Shown: positions 52,976-64,000 of the stretch, in pieces
Layout: each line of letters opens with the position of its first letter
How positions within the stretch are numbered: the stretch's first letter is position 1
Assembly: GCF_001194135.2 (NCBI RefSeq)
Contig: NC_068984.1
Coordinates: forward strand, 122,774,921-122,838,920
Reading direction: 5' to 3'
Source of the DNA: Octopus bimaculoides
Taxonomy: Eukaryota
Length of the DNA: 64,000 nucleotides
Notes under the pieces: model-generated
The model's database searches: none
What the model was told of the DNA's origin: nothing
Seen by the model: only the letters and a program-made list of their open reading frames with translations
Position numbers and translations under genes: made by a program

Positions 52976-53190
52976 GTTGCTTGCAATGGTGAGATAGTTT
53001 GTTTATTGGAGGAAATGTTTTTACTGTAGGATGTTTTCTATTATCCACTCACCTGTGAAAATAGGGAATAGTTTGATTTTTTTTTTTTTAAAGAAGTGTT
53101 ATGAATACGTTAATTAGAACATGTAACTAGTAATCAAGTGCCTTAATCTCATCTCTTTTGAGTCTCATTAACCATTATACTTCAGTAAAA

Positions 53191-53533
53191 TATTTTCAAA
53201 TTTCTAGCCTCTTTAATCTATGTTTGATGTTTGTATAGTCTACATAGCATTTTTAGTTCCTATTATATACTGATGCGCTATTGTATATACTAATTTCAGA
53301 CAGTAAAAGAGTAACGACCCCTCTAACTATTACTTGAGCTATGTTTCTATCACTTGAGACTCTCAATCTATTCTAATCAATTGGGCAACTGCCATCCTCA
53401 TCGTAATATTTTTTTTTACTGCTGTTGGGAGCAGTAACCCTTTGTCTTTATGTAAATGACAGGTCTACATCTTATGTGGCCTATCATGTTATCTGAGGTA
53501 TGAGAAGTTTTGATAGAACACCAGCACTATGTA
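53191..53533 (+). repeat. Direct repeat copy 1 (~340 bp) of a pair
   Basis: Colinear with 54836-55136: tattttcaaa...tttgatgtttgtatagtctacata.catttttagttcct...ctaatttcagacagtaaaaga...ttacttgagctatgtttctatcacttg...caactgccatcctcatc...tacatcttatgtgg...gtatgagaagt...aacaccagcact. Confidence 0.9.
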
Positions 53534-53758
53534 GTTACTGGGTGACTTTCCTGTTACATGGTTGAATCATTTCAGTCTCTTTACCAACATTACCTCAGCA
53601 TTAATGTCTTGTCATGTGTAGAGCGTTTCTTATGGAAGTACTTCTACACCTGTTTCATAAGGATACCCTTAGTATAGACCATAACCACTGCATTTCAAAA
53701 CTTTTAATCTTGAGTTCATCTCCAGATTTTAGGGTCTACATTTTTGAGGTAGATGAAT

Positions 53759-53760
<2 letters not shown>

Positions 53761-53821
<61 letters not shown>

Positions 53822-53846
53822 CTCTCTTTCTCTCTCTCTCTCTCTC

Positions 53847-53890
<44 letters not shown>
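53761..53890. repeat. Compound microsatellite (CA)n(CT)n
   Basis: Directly visible. Other long simple repeats: (GT)n 9640-9678, (CT)n 10140-10203, 13645-13718 and 18595-18680, (CA)n 15662-15723, (TACA)n 32696-32772, (GT)n 33792-33840, (CA)n 39875-39940, (TA)n 51813-51885, (TTA)n 59725-59815. Confidence 0.95.
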
Positions 53891-53893
<3 letters not shown>

Positions 53894-54480
53894 AACACAG
53901 AACTACTGCATAGTTTAGTGAACAGTATAGTCCCCACCCAGACAGACATGATACACCTGGAACAATAAATCTGTGGGTAACACCCAGTCATTTGACTGAC
54001 TGCCTACATCATGCCATAGAATTATTTTGAACTCAAGTTTTATAGATATTTATATTCAGAAATTAGACACAGGAGGATGTCAGTAGACTGGAGTACAACA
54101 TAAGGTAAGATAAATAGATGAAGATAAAAGTACAGAAATATTATATTACAAGTGAAATGAATTGGTTTCAACCGCTAATGAAAAATGTTATGGAGTTGGG
54201 GTACAGAGAACTCAGTGAACTCCTCCCTATAGTGTGAGGTTAGGCATGTTTTCACCAATACACATTAAAATATTGTGAGCTAACAAGGGAGCTTGTCTCT
54301 AACCCTGCAAGAAATAGCAGTGAAGCTTTCCCTCCACCTAAATTGCACTCGTAAGGAAAGGAAAGGACACATTCAGTAATATTATTCAGTTTGGATTCAT
54401 TGTGTCTGTATAGAAGGTGGGTTGCTCACAGCTAGGATATCTTTGTTTTATGAGCTTGCTGAATTAGGTTTCATCAGGGG

Positions 54481-54705
54481 TTAACCCTCTAGCATTCAGA
54501 TTTCTCTGTAAATTGTAATATTTATTTACATTGATTTGAATTATACATGCATTATCTTGTTGCTCTGAGATTTTGATGATATGATTGCTTATTTTTAGAA
54601 TGACATTAAAACATAGGCGTGAGAGGTTGGAATCCAGCTGATTTGAACATAAAACAAGTTGAATATTTTGGCTGGATGTGACCGGTTTAAATGCTAAAGG
54701 GTTAA
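54481..54705. mobile_element. piggyBac-like MITE family 1 (~225 bp; TTAA-CCCT...AGGG-TTAA)
   Basis: Ends ttaaCCCTCTAGCATT...AATGCTAAAGGGttaa. Homologous copies at 12720-12948, 13043-13271 (opposite orientation), 30005-30195 (right end lost) and 59089-59317. TTAA target with CCC/GGG termini is the piggyBac hallmark. Confidence 0.8.
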
Positions 54706-54835
54706 TAACATCAACAGTTACTGTTTTCCACAGCTGTTGTCTCTTCTTTTGAGGGATTTTTAACACTGATACAAGGCTCTAAATTTTAGGGAAAGTGTAT
54801 AGTGGATTACAGTATTTGATTACATAAGTCCCAGT

Positions 54836-55136
54836 ATTTTCAAACTTCTAACCTATCTAATCTTTGATGTTTGTATAGTCTACATAACATTTTTAGTTCC
54901 TGTTATATACTGATGAGCTATTGTGGATACTAATTTCAGACAGTAAAAGAATAACAACCCCTCTGACCATTACTTGAGCTATGTTTCTATCACTTGGACA
55001 ACTGCCATCCTCATCATAATGGGTGCAAGCTGATACATATTTTTTTTTACTACTGTTGAGAGCAGTAATACATCTTATGTGGTCAATCATGTTATCTAAG
55101 GTATGAGAAGTCTTGGTGGAACACCAGCACTGTGTA
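54836..55136 (+). repeat. Direct repeat copy 2 (~300 bp) of a pair
   Basis: Same as 53191-53533, with reciprocal indels. Confidence 0.9.
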
Positions 55137-56073
55137 TCTAAAATAAGAAAGCCAGGTTCACATTGGCTAGTAGGAAGTTTGCTTCCCAACCACATGGTTC
55201 TGGTGCCACTGCATGGCACCTTGAGCAAGTGTCTTCGACTATAGCCTTGGACCAGACAAAGACTTGTGAGTAGATTAGGTAGACAGAAACTGAGAGAAGC
55301 CCATCATGTGTGTTTGTGTTTGTCCCCCACCACCATTGCTTGACAACTGGTGTTGGTGTGTTTGTCTCCATGACTTAGCAGTTCAGCAAAAAGACCAATT
55401 GAATAAGTACTAGGTTTGAAAAAAATGAATACTGGGGTTTATTCACTTCTCTTAAAATTCTTCAAAGTAGTGCTCTAGCATGGGAAATGGACTGGTGATG
55501 AGGATGATGACGTCATCATAATAGTAGTAGTAGTAGTAGTAGTAGTAGTAAAAGTAAAGAATAGCATTTATTCACTCTGCAACTGAGATAACAGATTTGC
55601 AGGTTTAATTGACTTAACTGTCCCAGTATATGACTGGAACTGCTCTGCAAGGAATTCATCTCAGATAAACTTTATTAGTGCAACCAAGCGCCTGATCTTC
55701 GATGCTTTGCAAGTATGACCTCATTGAACTTTATAGTTAGGGGTCACAGTTGTTATATAGTCCTAGTTCAATCCTGACAAAGACAACATTCCAGTCTCTC
55801 TGATTTTATTTATTTATTTATTTGTTCATTACAGAATATATCTAAGACTACAATGTGATTCTCTTTTTAAATTGACAGGCCATGATTTTCAGATTTAGCT
55901 TCTGTTTCTAACAAATAAAGTAGCTCTATAGAGGTTTCCTTCCCCTCTTGTCTTCTTAATTTTATTTTGTGTCCACTATTGTAAATTATACATTTCTTCT
56001 TGATATTTCTGTTTTGTACTATCAATCAATGATAGATGATCTAATAATCTTTTTTTACTTCTTCTTCTTTCAG

Positions 56074-56172
56074 AATGGCCTCAACGCACTCCACCTCGCT
56101 TCTAAGGAAGGCCATATTAATATTGTCACAGAATTACTGCGAAGAGGAGCAAATGTTGAAGCAGCAACTAAG
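56074..56172 (+). CDS. ANK2: Ankyrin coding exon, one ANK repeat, 99 nt, phase 0/0
   Basis: cttcttctttcAG acceptor (AG 56072-73), [33 protein letters not shown], donor GTATTT at 56173. In frame with the 35475 exon across a 20497-nt intron. Confidence 0.97.
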
Positions 56173-58243
56173 GTATTTTATTTTAAACATATGGTTTAAA
56201 CCATTATCATAACATCTTTCTCCTGCACACACGTGTGTGTATGTATGTGTGTGTGTGTGTGTGTGTGGTTTTCTGTCAGTCTCAGTTGTTCAGTCAACTA
56301 AATTACCTGCTCATGGAATTAGTGTGTAAGTGGCTGAACATTCCACAGACATGTGTAACCCCTTAACATAATTCTCATATAGAATCAGCTTGGCACAATG
56401 TGTGACAAGGCTGTAACTTTTTTGAATTACAGGTAAAAATCCATCTGTCAGGTTTCTGTAGAGTTTTCTATCTGCCCAATTCCATTAATGAGGTGAACGG
56501 GCTGTGGATTGAAACTATGCAAACCATGTAAGTTTGGTTTGCATGGTTGCAAACCAAACTTCATTACCAGTTGGCCATACTGCACCTAGATGTGTGTGTA
56601 TATATATATATATAATCTATCTAATCTACCACTGATATTTTTCTGACTCTGAATATAATCTGCTTATATCAGCTGATTATAAGGATTTTCACATAATACA
56701 GCTGGTTTAGATTTAGTTTAAATTGAAAACGTGTTGTACATCAAAAGCTTTTTATCCTATGTATAATATACACCTGAGATAACTACACTATTCTACTTAA
56801 GTTATTCCCCTTGCTGACATTTCTCCTGCTGTAATACTAAACCTTTCATGATAAACTGCACTGCATATGTTTTTCAGTTAATTTTCTAAATAATCAAAAA
56901 ATTTGCTGGCTCTTAGTTAAAGTTGATTGTAATGTTATTTTTTGGTAGTTGAATGTTTTGAATATAGCTTATCAGAAGGTTCTGACATAAACCTATAGTG
57001 AAATTTTTACCTACTGACATCTTAATTTACCATTGATGTAATACTTAAGTTTTTGTAGGGTTTTTTTTAATTATATAAATTAAAAATAATTACATAAATT
57101 TAAAAAAATTTGAAGTTTCCAACATGTTCATCATCAAAACGTTTAAAATATCAGGTTTTAATGATGCAACTGTTTGGTATTCTATGGTTTGTCTGGTTGA
57201 ATGAAATTGGAGTATCATTCCTAGATGCTGATGTGTTATGGGGAATTTTCAAACATTCCATAATGATTACTGCTAAACTAGTTCTTTGGCTTTAATCAGA
57301 TTTTCTTTTAAATTCTCTTCTTCAATTGACTGAGAACGAGTTACAGCTGGCCAAGCTGGTAGACTTGTTATCTGACGAAGACACTTAATGGCTCAGCTGA
57401 CTTATTTGTAAATAGATACCATTGGAAGTTAGTTACAATTTACTGCAAGGCAGGGGTCGGGAAGAGGAGCAAATTATTTTCATGTGTTTTGTTAGTTTTG
57501 AGATTTTACAAAAATTTTGATTGTTTTTAGAAATCTTTCTTCATTAATTTACAGGAGGAATATTACAACTGGCCAGGTTCCTAGAATACTGTCCTTTGAC
57601 ACTAAGGACTGATAGTTCAAATCTTATTATTTGTGGCTAGGCTGTCACTTAATGGCCCAGTTAACTTATAAATAGGCACCACTTGAAAATTATTTGTGTC
57701 TCACTGATAAAATCAAAAGGTGGTGATGAATAATTCACAAGTGTTTTGTTAGGTTTTAGCAATGTGCTTAAATAACCCATGTAAGATGAACATCCTATGC
57801 AGGTGGTAGAGATTTCTTTCATTTCCTAAAAGCCAGAAAAATTGGGACAAGCTTCAGTAATCTGCTACAGCTTTCAATAATGATGGAGGTTGAAGATAAG
57901 TTTCTTCTTAAAATAAAATTAAGTTGTTAGCATTTGGTATGACAGGTGAGAGCAGTAAACACTGCAGACATTCTGGAATTCTTATACCACATAGGTTGAT
58001 TTAACTTTCCTATGACAGTATTTTGAACACTCTCCACTAAACTTCAGACCTTGTTCCTATATTACAAACTGTTGTTATTATGTTCTGAGTTCAAATGCCA
58101 CTGAAGTCGATTTTGTCTTTCATCTTTTCAGGGTTGATGAAATGAGCACCAGTCAAGCACTGGGAGTCAATGTAATCGACTACACCCTCTCCCAAAATTT
58201 CAGGCCTTGTGTCTTTATTATTATTATTATTATTTTTATTATT

Positions 58244-58504
58244 GTGTGATGAAAACTCATAGCTTATTTTGCTGGGTATGATGAAAAGTGTCAGCAGACT
58301 AAAGTGACACTTGTTTACTGGTCATGCTTCAAGAACTCTGGGAAGAATTCTTGCAGTTCCAAGCAATGCTGATTTTTGTAGGTGTTCTACCTTCACACTT
58401 GCACCAATCTTTTTCAGCCATGTTTGTAGTTGAGTGCTGATACTTCCAAGTGCACCAATTACTATTGGTATCACATCTACTCTCCTCATTGACCACAACT
58501 TTCT
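58244..58504 (-). mobile_element. Short 3' fragment of a second R4/Dong-like RLE retrotransposon
   Basis: 58504->58322 is an uninterrupted frame RKLWSMRRVDVIPIVIGALGSISTQLQTWLKKIGASVKVEHLQKSALLGTARILPRVLEA*, homologous to the C-terminus of the 7.6-8.3 kb element. Flanked by (TTA)n at 58215-58243 and TTA/TTAA repeats from 58505. Confidence 0.85.
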
Positions 58505-59369
58505 ATTATTATAATTAATTAATTAATTAATTAATTCATAAGATGGTGATCGGTGATCTGGTAGAATCATTAGCATGCTGGGCAAAAATGCTTAGTGGCA
58601 TTTCATCCATCTTTACATTCTGAGTTCAAATTCTGCTGGGGTCGACTTAGCCTTTCATCTTTTCAAGGTCGATAAAATAAGTAACAATCAAGTACTGGGG
58701 TTGATGTAATCATCTAGCCCCCTTCCACCAAAATTTCAAGCCATATGTCTATAGTAGAACGGATTATTATTGTTGTTATTATTTATTTAATTTATAAATT
58801 ACTGAACCAATGGCTGTATGAGTGCTTGAGGTTCATGAATTCATTAGATCATTGTACTCTGATTTCTCATACATAAAAATTGGGTTTTCCCTATGAATCA
58901 ATAGCAGTAGTAACATTTGTGGTTATAATGGCAATGCAGGTAGTAGCTGTTGTGTAATAGTAGTGTTAATGATATAATATTTGGTGATGGTGGTAATATT
59001 TGGTAGTAGTAATTGCAGTAACTGGTAATACTGTTCAAAATAACTCAGAAACTATCTGCTCTTATATGAACGAATGACATTGTCTTTCTTAACCCTTTAG
59101 CATTCATATTACTCTGTCAAATGTAATATTTATCTATTCAAAGTGTTTTGAATTAATCATGCATTGTCTCATAGCTTTTGAGAATTTAATGGTGTGATTA
59201 TATATTTTTAGAATGAAATTGTAGGGTAAGTGTGAGAAACTGGATCTAGCTGATTTGATCATAAAATGAGTAGAATAATCGGGCTGTGTTTAGCCAGTTC
59301 AAATGCTAAAAGGTTAATCACTCTTTTGTCCATATTCATTCTGTAGCATTTCCATATGCATCCTCCCCT

Positions 59370-59725
59370 TAAAAATGTTTCAAGACAAAGTGTTAGAATT
59401 GACACAATATTTAGTTCTTTCTCTATGTACTGAGTTCAAATCCTGGCAAGCTCAACACGGGCCTTTCATCCTTCTGCAGTTTAATTAAGTTGACTACATT
59501 CTTTTCATAAAATCCATGGTCTTATCGCCTCTGTTAGAAATAATAATAATTGTAATGCTGGCTGGTAGGATCATTAGCATTCCAGGAAAAATGCTTAATG
59601 GCATTTCTTCTAGTTTTACATTCAGAGTTCAAATTCCACTAAGGTCTACTTTTCCTTTCATTCTTTCAGGGATCGATTGAATTACACCCTCCCTCAAAAT
59701 TACTGACTTTTTGCCAAAATTTGAA

Positions 59726-59784
<59 letters not shown>

Positions 59785-60035
59785 TATTATTATTATTATT
59801 ATTGTTAATATTATTATTTCGCAGTGAGCTGATAGAATCCTTAACATACCAGACTAACTGCTTCACAACATTTCATCCATCTTTATGTGCTGAGTTCAAA
59901 TTCCACCACGGTTGACTTTTATCCTTTCAGAGTCAATAAAATACGTACCAGTTGAGCACTGAGATCAATGTAATCAACTTCCCCATCCCCTCAAAATTGC
60001 TGGCCTCATTCTAAAATAAGAAAGAATTATTATCA
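59370..60035 (+). mobile_element. Tandem array of three SINE-A copies with a long (TTA)n tract (59725-59815)
   Basis: Three successive gagttcaaat...ctttcatcc...aattg/tcaggccttg units in the same orientation, linked by TAA/TTA repeats. Confidence 0.8.
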
Positions 60036-61766
60036 ATGACAGTGGGTTGGCAGAAGAATTAGCATCAGAATAATATATATGTATATAATGATTGAGTAAC
60101 AAAATAAAAACGAGTGATTAATTAAATTATTTCAGTCCTTTAGTAAGCTTCAGTGGTGCAACTTTGTGTGTATCATTTTTTTCAGAAGATAAACAATTAA
60201 ATAAATGTTTTCAAAAGTATATGAAGAAATGAAATAATTGAATTAATCACTCTTGTTATGTTATCATTATATGTACTCTATACATATCATGATGCATCTG
60301 CATAGATGTATTTACATTTTCAAGGTATATTTGGTGTGTAATGGAACTGTAAATAAATAGTTATATGCTGTACCTTATACAGGCACATTCATAACAAATT
60401 TACACACACACACACACATTAGTACTTCACTTTATGGGGCCCCAAGTTTACGAGTTTTTACAAATTTTATTTTCTGTTTATGAGTTTTTGCTTTATAAGC
60501 AGTCTCTGGGAATGAATTAACTCGTATATCAAAGCAATACTATATATATATATATATATATAAGGAACTTTCCATCCATTAGAATGTAAATGAATACATC
60601 TCAATTTTGCCCTGAAGAGATTTTTACCTTTTGAATTCATAATGCAGTTTTAATTGTAAAATATGAATGAAGGTAAGAAATTGGAACGTGAAATTGACTA
60701 TTATATAAATAAATTGATTTTTTTTTTTTGTATTCACATTCTCCATTTTCTTTATATATATGTAATGATCCCAAACTGGTCAAAAAAAAAAATTCAGAGA
60801 CAAGTGAAGAGCAACAAACAAACAAGGTTTATTAGTTTGACACTGAGGAAAAATGAAAGTCTTTGATATTTCAAGCCTATGCTCTTCTACAGAAAGGAAT
60901 GGGGCAAGAAAGTAGATGGAGAGAGGAAAAGAAAAGAAAGAAAAAATGTCTGGATTAACAGTTGTACATGTTGAATCTGTTTGTATGTGTGTTTGTCTAT
61001 ATGTATACGCACACACACACAGATTATTTATAGTACCACTTTCCACTAATTCTAAAAAAAAACAACAGTTGGTTGGTCAGTCTGCATTTGTGAACCATAA
61101 CCTCAAGCCAACCAAAGCTTTGTGACAGAAACTAAAAGAAGCTTGTTTTGCATGTGTGTGTGGGGGGGTGTCTCCTTGTCTTGACATCACCAATAGTAGA
61201 TATAAATGGTGTCCAATCTTCTGTGAAAGCACATTTGGCCATAAGGAAGAATTAACTGTATTTAGAAACAGGTGAAGATTGGTAGCAGAAACAGTTTCTG
61301 GCTGTAGAAAATCTACTTTCATGAAATTTATCCAACCCATGGGAAAGTGGATGTTGAAATTATAATGATAGTCCATTTTCTAATGAGGAATGTTTCTTCT
61401 AGAGAAGTGATTTGACCTCAACAGATTATTAGTCGTTAGTGATCTTTGAGTAGTAGAATGTATAGTTAATGCAGATTTAAAATTTCAATATACTCATTTA
61501 GTCCATTGTTATTTATCAACCTCCAACAGAAAATCAGAGGATAAATTATGTTTAGTAGATGTTTGGAATTTAGATATACGTGGATGTATATTAAGTTGTA
61601 AGTATTTCTAACCATTATGCTATTTCATTCAAAATAGCAAATTTTCACTACTTTATGTATGTATGTATGTATGTATTTGTTTTTTTATGCAACCATAAAC
61701 ATGTGTTTTTTTTTTGTGTATGCATGGATCTGTTAGTATAACTAAGTTTCATATTATCTTTTTCAG

Positions 61767-61865
61767 AAAGGGAATACAGCCCTACACATCGCCTCATTGG
61801 CTGGTCATGAGGAAATTGTCAAAATCCTCGTACAGAATGGTGCCAAGGTCAACGTACAATCAATG
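61767..61865 (+). CDS. ANK2: Ankyrin coding exon, one ANK repeat, 99 nt, phase 0/0
   Basis: atctttttcAG acceptor (AG 61765-66), [33 protein letters not shown], donor GTATGG at 61866. Follows a 5594-nt intron. The gene continues beyond the window. Confidence 0.97.
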
Positions 61866-62720
61866 GTATGGATATTTTAATTTTATTCAGAGAGTGAGAG
61901 AGACTGTACTATAATCAATGATACAGTAATGTCCTGTACCGTGCATAGTACAATTCTCTTGTACTGTTGTAATTCATTGCAGGCGTCATTTATAAATCCC
62001 TTGAGTAGTAATGTATGTGTGATAGAGATTGATAACTCAGATGCATTTAGCCTTGCTGTGGAACAGAGCTCACATGTTCTTTTTGGCATCTTTGGAATGT
62101 ATTCATTTTAGTGATTTGGTGGGATAAAAAAACTACCTGGATTTGAACTGAGAGCAATGAATTAACGCATTGAATAAAATGCATCATGGTCTTTGACTCT
62201 TTGTGCTATGAGTTCAGATTCTGCTTATGGCAACCAAGTTCCAACCTACTAAAAAAACAATCATCCTAATTTCAGAGTGAGACTTTGTGTATGTGTGTGT
62301 GNNNNNNNNNNNNNNNNNNNNNNNNNNNNNNNNNNNNNNNNNNNNGGGGGGGGGGGGTATACTGTTTCTTTGTGGATTGGATTAGAAGGGAAAAAAAGCA
62401 ACCAATTCAATAAGCGGGGAATACTATTTAATAATAGTATTTCCCGCTTATCGTTGCCAGTGCCCCTGGACTGGCTCTTGTGCGGGTGGCACATAAAAGA
62501 CACCATTTCGAGCGTGGCCGTTTTCGTGCGGGTGACACGTAAAAGCACCCACTACACTCTCTGAGTGGTTGGCGTTAGGAAGGGCATCCAGCTGTAGAAA
62601 CTCTGCCAAATTGGATTGGAGCCTGGTGTTGCCATCCGGTTTCACCAGTCCTCAGTCAAATCGTCCAACCCATGCTAGCATGGAAAGCGGACGTTAAACG
62701 ACGATGATGATTATGATGAA

Positions 62721-62893
62721 TAGTTGTAGATAAGTTATTTCAAGTTTCATACTTGAAAAGTACAATATTCAGTCACACTTATGTGATGTGTGCTGTATAC
62801 GATCCAGGAATCATTCAGGCTATGGCTTTTACAAGCACAGCTGAATATCGTACTTTTCAAGTATGAAAACTTGAAGTAGCTTGCCCATAACTA
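62721..62893. repeat. Fold-back element/MITE with ~52-bp inverted arms and 68-nt spacer
   Basis: Arms 62721-62772 and 62841-62893 are reverse complements with 7 transition differences and 1 indel. The inner 34 bp has only 1 mismatch and 1 indel. Confidence 0.88.
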
Positions 62894-62921
62894 CTGCATT
62901 TATTAAATGATGGGGAGGAGA

Positions 62922-62958
<37 letters not shown>

Positions 62959-63665
62959 AAGGTACGGAAATAGATCAGACAGACAGATAGATCAATATGG
63001 ATTGGTATTTAAAATATATAATAAATATAAACTTTTTGTGTTGTATCATTCAACCAGTATTTACTTCAATTACTGCTTGTAATGTATTCTCTTCCTCTAC
63101 TTCTTTCTCTCTCTCTCTCTCTCTCCTTCCCTCTCTCCCCACACATTTTCATGTGTATAAACTCCTCCCTCCCCTTCTCTCTGTAACTTTCTTTTGCTCT
63201 CCTATTTCTCTTTGTGGAGGAGATGAACACTGGGAGTTGTGCCAGTTGTGTATATACCAAACCAGCAGCTCTGCTTTGTTATCACACACTGCACCATTGC
63301 TTCAATACTAGCCACCACCACCACTACTACCACTGGCCACCTGTCAGTTATGGCAATAGTCCAGTTTCTTGGTCAAAAATTTTGTCTCTTTTGTTGTTAT
63401 ATCTTTCAATGGTTGCCAAACAACTGTGAGTTCAAATCTTGATGCCTGCATTTTGTATGGTGTCTCTTATGAGCACAGTCATCATTAATTGACAGTAATT
63501 TGTTGTTGTCATTCATTAACTCTCACACAATTATGCTCAGCCTTATCAGTGGTACGTATGTGGCTGTTTGAATAATAGTAGATTGTTGTTGCCTAGTTCC
63601 AGATCAGCCCTGATCAAGCAACATTTCAGACCACCCTAGCTTTTATATAAATAAATATATATGTG

Positions 63666-63995
63666 AAGGTGCATGGCTCAGTGGTTAGTGTTGGGCTCAC
63701 AATCATAATGTAGTGAGTTCAATTCCTGAACCAGGCTGTGTGTTGCGTTCTTGACCAAAACACTTTCATGTTGCTCCATTTTACTCAGCTGTAGAAATGG
63801 GTTGTGTCATCATTGGTACCAAGCTTTTATTGGTCTTTGCCTTTCCCTTGGATAACATCAGTGGCATGGAAAGGGGACGCTGGTATGCATGGGCAACTGT
63901 TGGTCTTCCATATACAACCTTGCCCTGACTTGTGCCTTGAATGGGAACTTTCTAGGTGCAATACCATGGTCATTCATGACCAAAGGGGAGTCTTT
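63666..63995 (+). mobile_element. SINE family D, second full-length copy
   Basis: aaggtgcaTGGCTCAGTGGttag...gaGTTCAATTCCtgaacc...cagctgtagaaatgggttg...ggataacatcagtggcatgga...gggaactttctaggtgcaat...gtcattcatgaccaaagg. Confidence 0.85.
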
Positions 63996-64000
63996 AATGT

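Noticed and set aside
55969-56199. 76-aa ORF starting MSTIVNY as the true ankyrin N-terminus
   Set aside because: The upstream part is intronic polypyrimidine tract read through in frame. The conserved preceding ankyrin sequence is encoded by the exon at 35475.

Overview
Eukaryotic, AT-rich, microsatellite- and SINE-dense genomic DNA with several N gaps. It is most likely octopus/coleoid cephalopod (inferred from the repeat families and composition, not proven). The only host coding sequence I can support is three phase-0 exons of a canonical ankyrin gene (ANK1/2/3, unc-44 type) on the + strand: 35475-35576, 56074-56172 and 61767-61865. They splice in frame to [100 protein letters not shown]. 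The start-codon exon is not securely identified; there are candidates at 9504-9527 and about 32.5 kb. The rest is intron or upstream sequence. It holds at least four tRNA-SINE-like families, TTAA-flanked (piggyBac-like) and hAT MITEs, and decayed RTE, R4/Dong-like, CR1/Jockey-like, Tx1-like and Gypsy-gag fragments. It also holds two long near-perfect hairpins, a ~300-340 bp direct duplication and many simple repeats. Almost all ORFs in the supplied track are microsatellite or antisense-repeat artefacts. No CRISPR, rRNA or genuine tRNA gene is supported. I cannot demonstrate a new biological system. The most interesting leads are a (TTA)n niche in which SINE tails host further SINEs and R4/Dong-type elements, candidate alternative first exons of ankyrin, and intronic fold-backs that could be ADAR substrates.
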